Shown one piece after another: positions 1 to 9,260 of a DNA stretch of 32,000 nt (position 1 is the stretch's first letter; every line of letters begins with the position of its first letter). The notes under the pieces are model-generated. The model ran no database searches and was not told the DNA's origin. It saw only the letters and a list, made by a program, of their open reading frames with translations. Source of the stretch: Wolbachia endosymbiont strain TRS of Brugia malayi. Its GTDB lineage: Bacteria; Pseudomonadota; Alphaproteobacteria; Rickettsiales; Anaplasmataceae. A program made the translations under genes and the position numbers. The DNA lies in contig NC_006833.1 in assembly GCF_000008385.1 (NCBI RefSeq), positions 990,001 to 1,022,000 on the forward strand, given 5' to 3'.

Positions 1-761
1 GAGCTTACATTGCTCCTTTCACTACCTAACGGTGACTCTAAACCGTCTTCACTTAATCCAGGCAAACTTACTCCACTATCTCCACCACTACCATTATTGA
101 GTTCAGAAGCATTTGTTTCTGGTTCTAAAGTATCCATTTTTGTAAGTAATTTTTCTCCAAAATTAAATTGACTATTATCTCTTAGATTGGGTAAGCTTCT
201 CCAACATTTTAGACTTGTTTCTTCACATGTATTACCTGATTCTGAATTTTCAGCAGTGCAACTAAGGGTATTGTCTGCCCCATTTGCAGATTGTTCATTT
301 GTTTCTGCATTAGAATGACTTTCATTACTGTTCTTGCTAACAGCATCTGAAGTTATTAATTTCATAATTATTTGTTCTATTTTTATTTTTTCTATTAGGT
401 TTAGTTCTTTTGATTTTATTATTTCTCTTTTCAACGCTGGAAGAAAGTGTTGGATATAATTATTATAATATTTCTCTTGTTCTATCAGTAATTCTCCTAA
501 TTTAGTTAATACCTCAGGACTAGCTCCTTTCTTGAACAACTTTTTGCATTTCCTGGGAGTCTTATCTTGTCCACTCTCTTGATTTTCTCGATAGTCTTTT
601 TTTGTTACCCTTTTTTTTATAACTTTGCACAATTCTTCTGTTTTTGATGCTGAATAACACTTTACCCCTTCCAAGGCCCGTGAATTTTTAGTAGAATTGT
701 CAAAAGAGTTGTAAGGATTATTCCCTGTTAAATTAAAAACTATCGCTACATTATCATCCAC
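1..761 (-). CDS. hypothetical protein, Ser/Asn-rich C-terminal half, truncated by the left window edge
   Basis: Hand-translated open frame on the minus strand from GTG at 761 (AAGGA ~6 nt upstream) running off position 1: (M)DDNVAIVFNLTGNNPYNSFDN...IQHFLPALKREIIKSKELNLIEKIKIEQIIMKLITSDAVSKNSNESHSNAETNEQ...GGDSGVSLPGLSEDGLESPLGSERSNVS. Absent from the supplied ORF track. Confidence 0.7.
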   Translation of the reverse strand, partial: MDDNVAIVFNLTGNNPYNSFDNSTKNSRALEGVKCYSASKTEELCKVIKKRVTKKDYRENQESGQDKTPRKCKKLFKKGASPEVLTKLGELLIEQEKYYNNYIQHFLPALKREIIKSKELNLIEKIKIEQIIMKLITSDAVSKNSNESHSNAETNEQSANGADNTLSCTAENSESGNTCEETSLKCWRSLPNLRDNSQFNFGEKLLTKMDTLEPETNASELNNGSGGDSGVSLPGLSEDGLESPLGSERSNVS

Positions 762-872
762 AGTATTCCTTCATATATAACAAAATGTATAGATACTTTT
801 TCAGCGTTAATTTTACATTAAAATCGGATAACTATTCCCTACCGTAGGAAATTATGGCAACTTGTCTACTGG

Positions 873-1913
873 TTAACTACTTGCCTTGCTAATAATCAGG
901 TCTCCTACTTTTACAGATTTACTTTCAATATAATTGCTTGCCTGTTGAATTAAAATATCTATCACTTCTTTTACAGGCTTTTCCTTATCAACCATACCGA
1001 CACTTTGACCAGCCATTAAAGATCCCGTTTCGATATCTCCTTCAATCACTGCTCCTCTTAAGGCTCCAGCCCAGAATTTCTCTATCTCAAGCTGTCCATC
1101 TTCTTTTGAGATCTGTCCCTTGTGATATTTATCAATAATTTCTTTTTGGTATTGCATAAAATCATCACTTGCTTTATTGGCTATGGCTCTTACTGGAATA
1201 ACAGGAAAATCAGCACTTATCTGTACAGAAGATATTGCATCACGTGCAGCTGATTTAATAAATACTTCCTTAAAATTCTTGTGGGCAATCGATTCATTAG
1301 TGCAAACAAATAATGTGCCTATTTGACAGCCACTTGCTCCCATCTCTAGGTAATTTACTATCATTTCTCCCCTTCCTATTCCACCTGCAACAAACACTGG
1401 TACTCGCTCATCTTTAAAATAAGGTAATATCTCCTGCGAAAGAACAGAAGTGCTGACTGGACCTATGTGCCCACCTGCTTCCATTCCCTCTATTATCAAC
1501 GCATCTACCCCCATTTTTACTAACCTCTTTGCAAGGCTCAATGATGGTGCAAAACACATAACTTCAATGCCCACATTTTTGATTTTTTCTATATTAGGCT
1601 TTACCGGTAGTCCGCCAGCAAGAACTATATGGCTCACTTTTGTTTCAATACATACATCTATCAGCTCACTCAAGTTTGGGTGCATAGTAATTAGATTTAC
1701 ACCAAATGGCTTGTTGGTTAACTTCTGTGTCTCTATAATTTCTTTTTCCAGTAAGTCTGAAGACATCGCACCACATGCAATTACACCAAAGCCACCAGCG
1801 TTTGAGATTGCTGAAACCAAATTTCTCTCTGAAACCCAGCTCATAGCACCACCCATTATTGCAAACTCACTACCAAGAAAATCTGTTCCTTTTTTCCAGA
1901 GGTTACTCAACAT
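873..1913 (-). CDS. nitronate monooxygenase / 2-nitropropane dioxygenase family (FabK-like) flavoprotein
   Basis: 346 aa; MGGAMSWVSERNLVSAISNAGGFGVIACGAM, EGMEAGGHIG, PVFVAGGIGRG and GASGCQIGTLFVCTNES match the NPD TIM-barrel family. Confidence 0.85.
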   Translation of the reverse strand: MLSNLWKKGTDFLGSEFAIMGGAMSWVSERNLVSAISNAGGFGVIACGAMSSDLLEKEIIETQKLTNKPFGVNLITMHPNLSELIDVCIETKVSHIVLAGGLPVKPNIEKIKNVGIEVMCFAPSLSLAKRLVKMGVDALIIEGMEAGGHIGPVSTSVLSQEILPYFKDERVPVFVAGGIGRGEMIVNYLEMGASGCQIGTLFVCTNESIAHKNFKEVFIKSAARDAISSVQISADFPVIPVRAIANKASDDFMQYQKEIIDKYHKGQISKEDGQLEIEKFWAGALRGAVIEGDIETGSLMAGQSVGMVDKEKPVKEVIDILIQQASNYIESKSVKVGDLIISKASS

Positions 1914-1918
1914 ACAAC

Positions 1919-2440
1919 CTATATAATGCGCTTAAGAATGTTTTGTTTATCTATAAATATGTGCTTTAAAGCACCAAGTATATGTAAGATTATAAAAAAC
2001 ACCGTAAAGTATGCAAGTATCGAGTGTAGCAAATTAGCTGCATTCGCTAGATCTTTGTCTTTATTAATCAACAAAGGAACATGAAAAAGATACTTGATCT
2101 TTATGCTAGAGGCAGAAGACATGACATAACCAGATAATGGCATCAATATCATTAAAGAATACAAAATAAAGTGTACTGTCCTACTTACATTAATTACAAA
2201 TCGAGAAAAACTTGCTGGAAATGTTGGATCACAAGCAAAAATACGAAAAAACATGCGTAATATAATTAATCCAATAACATTAATCCCACAAGCCTTATGA
2301 ACAGTGTATATGCTGAATTTAATTTCATTACTAACCGGCAAGCTTTTCATGTAAAACCCAGAGCAAAGCATACCAACAATAAAAACAGCCATTAACCAAT
2401 GAATAATCCTTAACCCTAAGTTATATTTACTATTTCCCAT
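1919..2440 (-). CDS. cytochrome b561 family membrane protein
   Basis: 173 aa, four hydrophobic segments with conserved His (RIIHWLMA, TVHKACG, RTVHFILYSLMILMPLSGYVMSS, LLHSILAYFTVFFIILHILGALKH). Confidence 0.85.
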   Translation of the reverse strand: MGNSKYNLGLRIIHWLMAVFIVGMLCSGFYMKSLPVSNEIKFSIYTVHKACGINVIGLIILRMFFRIFACDPTFPASFSRFVINVSRTVHFILYSLMILMPLSGYVMSSASSIKIKYLFHVPLLINKDKDLANAANLLHSILAYFTVFFIILHILGALKHIFIDKQNILKRII

Positions 2441-2614
2441 TTGATTGATCTAAAATAGAACCCATATATAGAACTTATATAGTAGAAAAACTATTTTTCA
2501 ATCAAAACTATTTGTACAAAATCTTGCTGCATTAATTAACATTTATGCAACTGTTGTACATGACGCATAACTATACAAACATTGCAATTTAAAAGACCAT
2601 ATAGCCCATAGAAA

Positions 2615-2914
2615 TGTAAAAACTACTTGACAAACTTCGCTAGCTTCCTTTGTTATAGCACTGAAGGTATTCAGTTATCTTCAATCTGTACAGATTAAAT
2701 GACGAAGTATCACGTAGCTGGTATCTTATGTTTAATTTTTGCACTATATGTACCTTATGTCCTCACAACATTTCCAGGTTTTTACCTATATAAGCTGAAA
2801 CTCGCTTATAAAGCATTTAAGACAGTATAGTATGCCAATTTGCAGAATTAGAGAGTAAAGGCTACCTAATATGGGGTTTCTTTTGCCTTTTTTCTCATTG
2901 GTAAATTTCTTAAG
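2615..2914 (+). repeat. degenerate dispersed intergenic repeat, copy A
   Basis: Shared ordered blocks with 23105-23393 (+) and 12421-12708 (-): TG(T/C)AAAAA.TACTTGAC, CTTAT.TTT..ATTTTTGC, CTTATAAAGC.TTTA.GAC, TTCTTTTGCCTTTTT.CT.A.T.GGT. Confidence 0.7.
2699..2830 (+). other. intact 43-codon hydrophobic small ORF inside repeat copy A; coding status uncertain
   Basis: ATG...TAG translates MTKYHVAGILCLIFALYVPYVLTTFPGFYLYKLKLAYKAFKTV; the other copies show frameshifted or shortened versions (e.g. ...CLCAPYVFNN...VEMRL). Confidence 0.3.
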
Positions 2915-3124
2915 ATTTTATAACTGAGAGTTAGTTGTAATTCATGAAACCAATTTGTTGTGTGAATTATCTTATTAAAGTAAATATTCATGCAATTGTT
3001 GTGGGTGATATTTGGATGGCACAACCATGAAAGTTATCTTAATACTATAAGGTTCGTAAGTCGGTATTTTAATTTACCTCTCCTATTCAGCCAATTCCTA
3101 TTAAAATTAGGAAAAATAATTCTG

Positions 3125-4375
3125 GCTTTTATAAAAACTACATATGTATATCAATTCTACGATCACAGTACTGGTAGGTAAGTAGAAAGGTGTGTTGCAT
3201 GTGACAATTTGTTAAAGAAATAGTGATAAAAACAGATACAAGAAATATATCTGTACCAACTTCAATAAAGGCGTTATCGGATAGTGAAACTATTACCTCG
3301 GACCATTTTTTAACAGGAATAGAAGAATCAGATAGAGTTTTTGGTGAGAGTATTGTTCAAGGTGCAAGCATTTTTGATTGGTAGTGAACCTGGCATTGGG
3401 AAATCTACCCTTTTGCTTAGAACTGCAGCCAATGTTGCACAATTTTAATCCTTCGAATGTCTTTATATACCTGGTAAGGAATCTCTAGAGCAGTGAGCCT
3501 AGAACAAAGCATCTTAGAATAAAATGAACGAAAATCAAGTTCTCATCTACAGTATCTTTAGCTAATGTAGTAGTGACAATAGAAAGAAAACAAAAGCATT
3601 AGATTTTTAATAATTGATTCCATCAAACAATGTATGATAGTAAAATTACATCAGCACTAGGCACTGTAAATCAGGTACGTACTTGTGTTCATGAATTAAC
3701 CGTTCTTGTAAAACAATACGGTATTTACTTTTTAATAGTTGGCCATATAACCAAGGACAGACAAATAGCAGGACCAAAAACTTGGAACATATGGTGGATA
3801 TAGTACTATATTTTGAGGGTGAAAACAGCAATCAATATCATATTTTGCATGTTATAAAAATAGATTTGGCCCTACAAATGAAGTGGTATTTTGAAATGTC
3901 TGAAGCTGGATTATTATCTATTGAAAATCCATCATCATTATTTCTAGCAGGTAATACTGACGATAGAGAAGTTGTTGACAGTGCTGTTATTTGTAGGAAT
4001 TGAGGATTCCAGAAGACCGATTTTGATGGAAGTTCAAGTGTTAACAGCGGAATAGACACGGAAAACTCAAGAAGAGCAGTAATTGGATGAAATATCAACC
4101 GATTGGCTATTATCATTGCAGTGCTAAATACTCGTTGCAAAATGTCCCTGCATAAAAAAGAAGTGTATCTGAACATTGTATAAGGATTGAAAATACAAGA
4201 ACCATCGGTTGATCTTGCCGTTGCTGACTCTCTTATTTCAAGCATAGTAAGTTTACTGCTGCCAACTTCTTCAATAATTTGCAGTAAAGTTGCACTTTTA
4301 GGTAAGATTAGACATATCTCATATGCTGATCTGAAGCTAAAGAAGCAAAAAAATTAGGATTTCAAAAAGCAATTA
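3125..4375 (+). pseudogene. radA: decayed DNA repair protein RadA/Sms
   Basis: In different frames, in the correct RadA order: LTGIEESDRVFGESIVQG; GSEPGIGKSTLLLRTAANVAQF (Walker A); IDSI..MYDSKITSALGTVNQVRTCVHELTVLVKQYG; GHITKD.QIAGPKTLEHMVDIVLYFEGE; KNRFGPTNEVVFEMSEAGLL (KNRFG motif); INRLAIIIAVLNTRC; KEVYLNIV.GLKIQEPSVDLAVADSLISS. Interrupted by stops and frameshifts. Confidence 0.9.
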
Positions 4376-4434
4376 TGCTTCTCACAATATCAAAATAATT
4401 AAGCTTGGCCACATAAAGGAATTAAATGAGACCT

Positions 4435-5346
4435 TTAATCACAGCCAAATAGCGCTTTAGCAAATTCTTTACTAGTGAATTCCCTCAAGTCCTCTATACT
4501 CTCACCAATTCCTATAGCGTGTAACTTTACTCTATAAGTTTCTGCAAGCCCAATCACTACTCCTCCCTTAGCAGTACCATCTAGTTTTGTTATAATTAAT
4601 CCTGTAACACTAACCATTTTACTAAATGCCTCTAATTGGCTATAAGCATTTTGACCGGTAGTCGCATCAAGAACCAAAATAACATCATGAGGAGCAGTGC
4701 CATCCAATTTCTTTATCGTTCTATATATCTTTGATAACTCCTCCATAAGATTAACATTATTTTGTAGCCTGCCTGCTGTATCAATCAGAACAACATCTAC
4801 GCTACCTTTTATAGCTTGACTTACAGCTCTATATGCCACACTTGCAGAATCATTGCCATACTCTCCAGTAACAATAAAGCAATCAGAACGTTCTGCCCAG
4901 ATGTTTAACTGTTCACTAGCAGCAGCTCTAAACGTGTCACACGCAACGAGCATGACGGATTTTCCCATATTCTTATATTTATACGCAAGCTTACCTATAG
5001 TTGTGGTTTTACCATTACCATTTACTCCGCATACCATTATTATATGTGGGTTTTTGTCTAAAATTAGTGGTTGCACAACAGGGTTTAATATCGCTTCTAT
5101 TTCGCTCATTAGCTGCTGTGTGATAATATTATGCTCAACTTCTTTATCAAATTTGATGCTCGCGAGCCTATCAATAATCAACTTGGAAGTTTTATGACCA
5201 ATATCCATGCTAATGAGCAGTTCCTCTAATTCATCCAAAAGCGATTGATCTAACTTTTTTTTGGCAGAAAAAATACTTTTCACTCCATCACTGAAGCGAG
5301 AAGAAGTTTTTAACAAGCCTCTATAAAGGTTACTAAACAAACTCAA
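4435..5346 (-). CDS. ftsY: signal recognition particle receptor FtsY
   Basis: 303 aa; GVNGNGKTTTIGKLA, DTFRAAASEQL, DTAGRLQNN, TKLDGTAKGGVVIG, GIGESIEDLREF. Confidence 0.97.
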   Translation of the reverse strand: MSLFSNLYRGLLKTSSRFSDGVKSIFSAKKKLDQSLLDELEELLISMDIGHKTSKLIIDRLASIKFDKEVEHNIITQQLMSEIEAILNPVVQPLILDKNPHIIMVCGVNGNGKTTTIGKLAYKYKNMGKSVMLVACDTFRAAASEQLNIWAERSDCFIVTGEYGNDSASVAYRAVSQAIKGSVDVVLIDTAGRLQNNVNLMEELSKIYRTIKKLDGTAPHDVILVLDATTGQNAYSQLEAFSKMVSVTGLIITKLDGTAKGGVVIGLAETYRVKLHAIGIGESIEDLREFTSKEFAKALFGCD

Positions 5347-5424
5347 GGGAATACTCCTCTTAAAATTACAATATAAAGAATGACATGCACTACGTGTACT
5401 TGTAAAGTTAAATACAACGTTTTA

Positions 5425-5450
5425 CGTGCATTCTTAAAGTAAAATGCACG
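5425..5450. promoter_or_regulatory. 8-bp perfect inverted repeat (CGTGCATT-N10-AATGCACG) in the divergent ftsY/iscU intergenic region
   Basis: Arms 5425-5432 and 5443-5450, between the divergent starts at 5346 (-) and 5525 (+). Function unknown. Confidence 0.3.
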
Positions 5451-5524
5451 CGAAACTAGTGTTTTCACTTTAATTTTTAACCTAAATATGTTATAATACA
5501 GGATGGTAATTTACAGGTAATCTT

Positions 5525-5917
5525 ATGAGTTATAATGAGAAAATTTTGGACCATTATGAAAATCCAAGGAATGTTGGTTCTTTAGACAAAAATGATCCGA
5601 GTGTTGGCACTGGTTTAGTTGGTGCACCATCATGCGGTGATGTGATGAAATTGCAAATAAAGGTCAATGACAAAGGTGTTATTGAAGATGCGAAATTTAA
5701 AACTTTTGGTTGTGGTTCTGCTATTGCCTCAAGCTCTTTACTAACAGAAATGATCAAAGGCAAAACTATTGAAGATGTAACAAAGATAAAGAACACCCAA
5801 ATAGTGGAAGAGTTATCTTTGCCCCCAGTGAAGGTACACTGCTCTGTACTTGCTGAAGACGCTATAAAAGCCGCTATTCATGATTATCAAAGTAAACATA
5901 GTAAAAATGAAAGCTAA
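5525..5917 (+). CDS. iscU: Fe-S cluster assembly scaffold IscU
   Basis: 130 aa; MSYNEKILDHYENPRNVGS, GLVGAPSCGDVMKLQI, FKTFGCGSAIASSS, LPPVKVHCSVLAEDAIKAAI. Confidence 0.97.
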   Translation: MSYNEKILDHYENPRNVGSLDKNDPSVGTGLVGAPSCGDVMKLQIKVNDKGVIEDAKFKTFGCGSAIASSSLLTEMIKGKTIEDVTKIKNTQIVEELSLPPVKVHCSVLAEDAIKAAIHDYQSKHSKNES

Positions 5918-5923
5918 AAAGCT

Positions 5924-6328
5924 ATGAGTGAATATCAAGGAGTAAATACTGTAAAGAAAGATAGAAAACCTATCACCATAACTGCAAATGCAGTGGAGAG
6001 GATAAGATATTTATTGGATCAAAAACAGTATACTAACCTTGAGAGATCAGAAGAAGCAATAGGAATAAGAGTCTTAATTAAACAAAAAGGATGTTCTGGT
6101 TTAAAATACGATATTGAATATGCGTATGATATACACCCTTTAGAGTCAGTAATTGAAGAAAGCTGTAGTGATGGTCAAAAAGTTAAAGTGTTGATCGATC
6201 CAAAATCTGTCATGTTTATTCTCGGCTCTGAAATGGATTATGTAGAAGAAAAATTCTCATCTGGTTTTGTTTTCAAAAACCCTAATGAGAAAGGAAAATG
6301 TGGTTGTGGGGAGAGTTTTCATGTCTAG
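5924..6328 (+). CDS. iscA: Fe-S assembly protein IscA (HesB/IscA family)
   Basis: 134 aa; A-type carrier Cys motifs KQKGCSGLKYDI and NEKGKCGCGESF. Confidence 0.93.
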   Translation: MSEYQGVNTVKKDRKPITITANAVERIRYLLDQKQYTNLERSEEAIGIRVLIKQKGCSGLKYDIEYAYDIHPLESVIEESCSDGQKVKVLIDPKSVMFILGSEMDYVEEKFSSGFVFKNPNEKGKCGCGESFHV

Positions 6329-6776
6329 CAATTATTTTGCATTGTTTAAAATTGAACCAGCTTTTAACATCAGCCTTGATGAGCTAGAGAAAAAATATAT
6401 TGAGCTAAGCAAAACTGATATAAATGAAAGACAGTCCCAAAACATGGAAAATATCAACAAAGCTTATCAGGTGCTAAAGTCACCTCTAAAACGTGCGGAG
6501 CATTTGCTGAACCTTTTCGGTGTAAGAAGCCAAGAGGATCAACATAACTTTGAGATATTAAATGAATCAATGGAAATAAGAGAATACTTACTGGATTGCA
6601 ACAATCTGCAACTTGCAAGTGGTATGATTGATGAAAAAATAAAAGATTGCATTAAAAATCTAACTAATAATTTTGCCGTAAAAAATTTTGATGAAGCGGC
6701 AATGCAAGTTTTGAGATTGAAATACTTATATAAGTCATTTGAAGAGATAAAAAATGAGACCAATTCAAATTTCTGA
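6321..6776 (+). CDS. hscB: HscB-like Fe-S co-chaperone, J-domain apparently without HPD
   Basis: YFALFKIEPAF, ENINKAYQVLKSPLKRAEHLLNLFG and a C-terminal helical domain; located between iscA and hscA. The likely start is ATG at 6321 (MSSNYFALF), overlapping the iscA stop, not 6267. Confidence 0.9.
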   Translation: MSSNYFALFKIEPAFNISLDELEKKYIELSKTDINERQSQNMENINKAYQVLKSPLKRAEHLLNLFGVRSQEDQHNFEILNESMEIREYLLDCNNLQLASGMIDEKIKDCIKNLTNNFAVKNFDEAAMQVLRLKYLYKSFEEIKNETNSNF

Positions 6777-8511
6777 ACCAAATTCAAATGAAGTAGTTTT
6801 TGGTATAGACCTTGGTACTACCAACTCTTTAATTGCTGTGGTAAATAAAGCTGGCAACGTGGAGATATTTACAGATGAGCAGGGAAGAGAGCTACTGCCT
6901 TCTGTTATTTCATATGAAAATAACACATTAAAAACTGGCTATGATGTTGACCAAAACGCTATCTATCCCATAAAACGCCTGATGGGTAAAAGTGTTGAAG
7001 ATTTAAATAAAGAAGGTATCAATCTCGAAATAGATAATGAAAGTGAGAAAATTATCAGGGTAAAATGCTCGGAGGATAAGTATCTCACTCCTATTGAGAT
7101 TTCTGCTGAGATATTAAAAGCTTTGTGTGAAAGAGTAAAAAAGTCCACAGGAATGGAAGTAAGAAAAGCGGTGATTACTGTTCCAGCTTACTTTGATGAT
7201 TCAGCACGTAATGCAACAAAATATGCAGCAAAATTAGCTGGCATAGAGGTTCTTCGCCTCATTAATGAGCCAACCGCAGCAGCACTTTCTTATTCTATTG
7301 CAAAGAACAATAACAGTGGAATATATGCAGTTTACGACCTTGGCGGTGGAACATTTGATATTTCGATATTGAAATTACACCAAGGAGTGTTTCAAGTTCT
7401 TGCGGTTGGTGGTGACACCAAACTTGGTGGTGATGACTTTGATCACCTTCTAAGTATGATTATATTGGATAAATACAGAAAGAAAGTAGGTAAAGATCTC
7501 AATTCTCTTAAGCATTTATCTACAAAATCACGATCTATAAAGGAGCACTTAAGCAAAAACATTTCTAGCACTTTTGAATTCAATATTAATGGTGAATTGT
7601 TTAAATGCAAAATTACAAAAGAAGAATTCGAACAGACAATCAGTTCCTTAGTTAATAAGACTATTAATATAGTCACTCATACTATAAGTAACATAGATCT
7701 TAAAATTGAAGATATAGAAGGAGTAATTTTAGTCGGTGGTGCAACTAGAGTACCACTAGTTCAAAGTTCACTAGTCAAACTTTTTGGCAATAAAGTTCTA
7801 AACGATGTAGATCCGGATAAAGCAGTTGCTATTGGAGCAGCTTTGCAGGCTCATTATTTAACTTCAAACTCAAAAGATAGAAATGTTCTTCTGGATGTTT
7901 TACCTTTATCACTTGGCATAGAAACTATGGGAGGAATAGTTGAAAAAATCATACCAAGAAATACACCACTACCAGTTTCAGAAACAAGAGAGTTTACAAC
8001 CTACATTGATGGACAGACAGCAATAAAAATTCACGTTTGTCAGGGAGAACGTGAAATTATAGAGGATAACAAATCTCTAGCGCAGTTTGAATTAAAAGGT
8101 ATACCGCAACTGCCTGCAGGTTCTGCAAGAGTTGAAATAGAATTTATAGTTAATGTTGACGGAATATTAACTGTTACTGCAAGAGAAAAAACTACTGGAA
8201 TCGAGCAGACAGTTGAAATAAATTCAAGCTTTGGCTTAAGTGAAGCCGACATTCAAGACATGGTTAACCAGTCAATAAACAACTTTGATGAAGATATGAA
8301 AGCTCGTTCCCTTGCAGAAGCTAAAATTAATGGGAATAAGCTCATACATTTGGTTGAAAGCAATGATAATCTTTCCACTGATAAAAATCTGAAAAATCTG
8401 TTACAAAACACAAAAAACGCCTTACAAGGAAATGACTTGAATGAAATTAATAATGCTATCACTGAGCTGGAAAGCTTCTCTTTAGAGTTATGTGAATCAA
8501 CAAATAAGTAG
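6754..8511 (+). CDS. hscA: Fe-S protein assembly chaperone HscA (Hsp70 family)
   Basis: 585 aa; VVFGIDLGTTNSLIAV, VPAYFDDSARNATKYAAKLAG, YDLGGGTFDISIL, GVILVGGATRVPLVQ, positioned after hscB. Confidence 0.95.
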   Translation: MRPIQISEPNSNEVVFGIDLGTTNSLIAVVNKAGNVEIFTDEQGRELLPSVISYENNTLKTGYDVDQNAIYPIKRLMGKSVEDLNKEGINLEIDNESEKIIRVKCSEDKYLTPIEISAEILKALCERVKKSTGMEVRKAVITVPAYFDDSARNATKYAAKLAGIEVLRLINEPTAAALSYSIAKNNNSGIYAVYDLGGGTFDISILKLHQGVFQVLAVGGDTKLGGDDFDHLLSMIILDKYRKKVGKDLNSLKHLSTKSRSIKEHLSKNISSTFEFNINGELFKCKITKEEFEQTISSLVNKTINIVTHTISNIDLKIEDIEGVILVGGATRVPLVQSSLVKLFGNKVLNDVDPDKAVAIGAALQAHYLTSNSKDRNVLLDVLPLSLGIETMGGIVEKIIPRNTPLPVSETREFTTYIDGQTAIKIHVCQGEREIIEDNKSLAQFELKGIPQLPAGSARVEIEFIVNVDGILTVTAREKTTGIEQTVEINSSFGLSEADIQDMVNQSINNFDEDMKARSLAEAKINGNKLIHLVESNDNLSTDKNLKNLLQNTKNALQGNDLNEINNAITELESFSLELCESTNK

Positions 8512-8513
8512 AG

Positions 8514-9260
8514 TTATGCAACCTTGTGCAATATCCTGTCTAATCTGAGGGCAATAGGTATTCTGAAGTTAAAAGGCAACCAATCGACCTTCCCTAATTT
8601 AAACGATAAACCAACTATGCTTACACGCCCAATTATGTTTTCCATTGGTATAAAACCAACTTCAGGAAACCTACTATCCAAAGAATTATTTCTATTGTCC
8701 CCCATAACAAAAAATTGATTATTAGGTACATAATAAACCGGAGTACCATATGACAGCTTATTAGAAACGTTATCTATCAAAATCTCATGTTCCTTGCCAT
8801 TAGGAAGCGCTTCTATATACCTTGGTATGCTATGGCTTGACTCATAATCAAAAAAACTTTCAATTTGCTTTCGTTCCACTTTTTGATCATTTAGATATAA
8901 TTCTCCCTCTATCATTTGCACTTTGTCGCCTGGTGTTCCTATTACTCGCTTAACAAATCTGATATTATCATTTCGTGTAGGCTTAAAAACTATTATATCA
9001 CCACGTTTTGGAGGAGTATAAAAAATCCTGCCGTTAAAGATATTTGGAGAAAACGGAAAGGAGTATTTACTGTAGCCGTACGAATATTTACTAGTAAAAA
9101 TGTAATCCCCTTCGAGCAGAGTGCTCTTCATTGAACCAGAAGGTATATGAAATGGCTCAAATAAAAAACTACGTATTGACAATGCAGTCAGTAGTAAGAA
9201 AAACAATGAAGATAAAAATTTTCCTGTTCTTACTACCTGGTTTTTTCTCGGTTCTTTCAA
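8514..9260 (-). CDS. lepB: signal peptidase I
   Basis: 248 aa; N-terminal TM, EPFHIPSGSMKSTLLEGDYIFTSKYSYG (catalytic Ser), RFVKRVIGTPGD (catalytic Lys), FFVMGDNRNNSLDSR. Confidence 0.97.
   Translation of the reverse strand: MKEPRKNQVVRTGKFLSSLFFLLLTALSIRSFLFEPFHIPSGSMKSTLLEGDYIFTSKYSYGYSKYSFPFSPNIFNGRIFYTPPKRGDIIVFKPTRNDNIRFVKRVIGTPGDKVQMIEGELYLNDQKVERKQIESFFDYESSHSIPRYIEALPNGKEHEILIDNVSNKLSYGTPVYYVPNNQFFVMGDNRNNSLDSRFPEVGFIPMENIIGRVSIVGLSFKLGKVDWLPFNFRIPIALRLDRILHKVA

Noticed and set aside
431-470. Suspected frameshift splitting the left-edge ORF
   Set aside because: An initial reading suggested a stop near 431; base-by-base re-reading (AAT AAT TAT ATC CAA CAC TTT CTT CCA GCG TTG AAA) shows one continuous frame.
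1450-1926. 158-aa plus-strand ORF
   Set aside because: Antisense to the nitronate monooxygenase gene, whose family motifs are clear on the minus strand.
2990-3181. 63-aa plus-strand ORF
   Set aside because: Its C-terminal part overlaps the start of the decayed radA trace and the rest is AT-rich intergenic; not a credible separate gene.
4853-5197. 114-aa plus-strand ORF
   Set aside because: Antisense shadow of ftsY; no recognisable motif.
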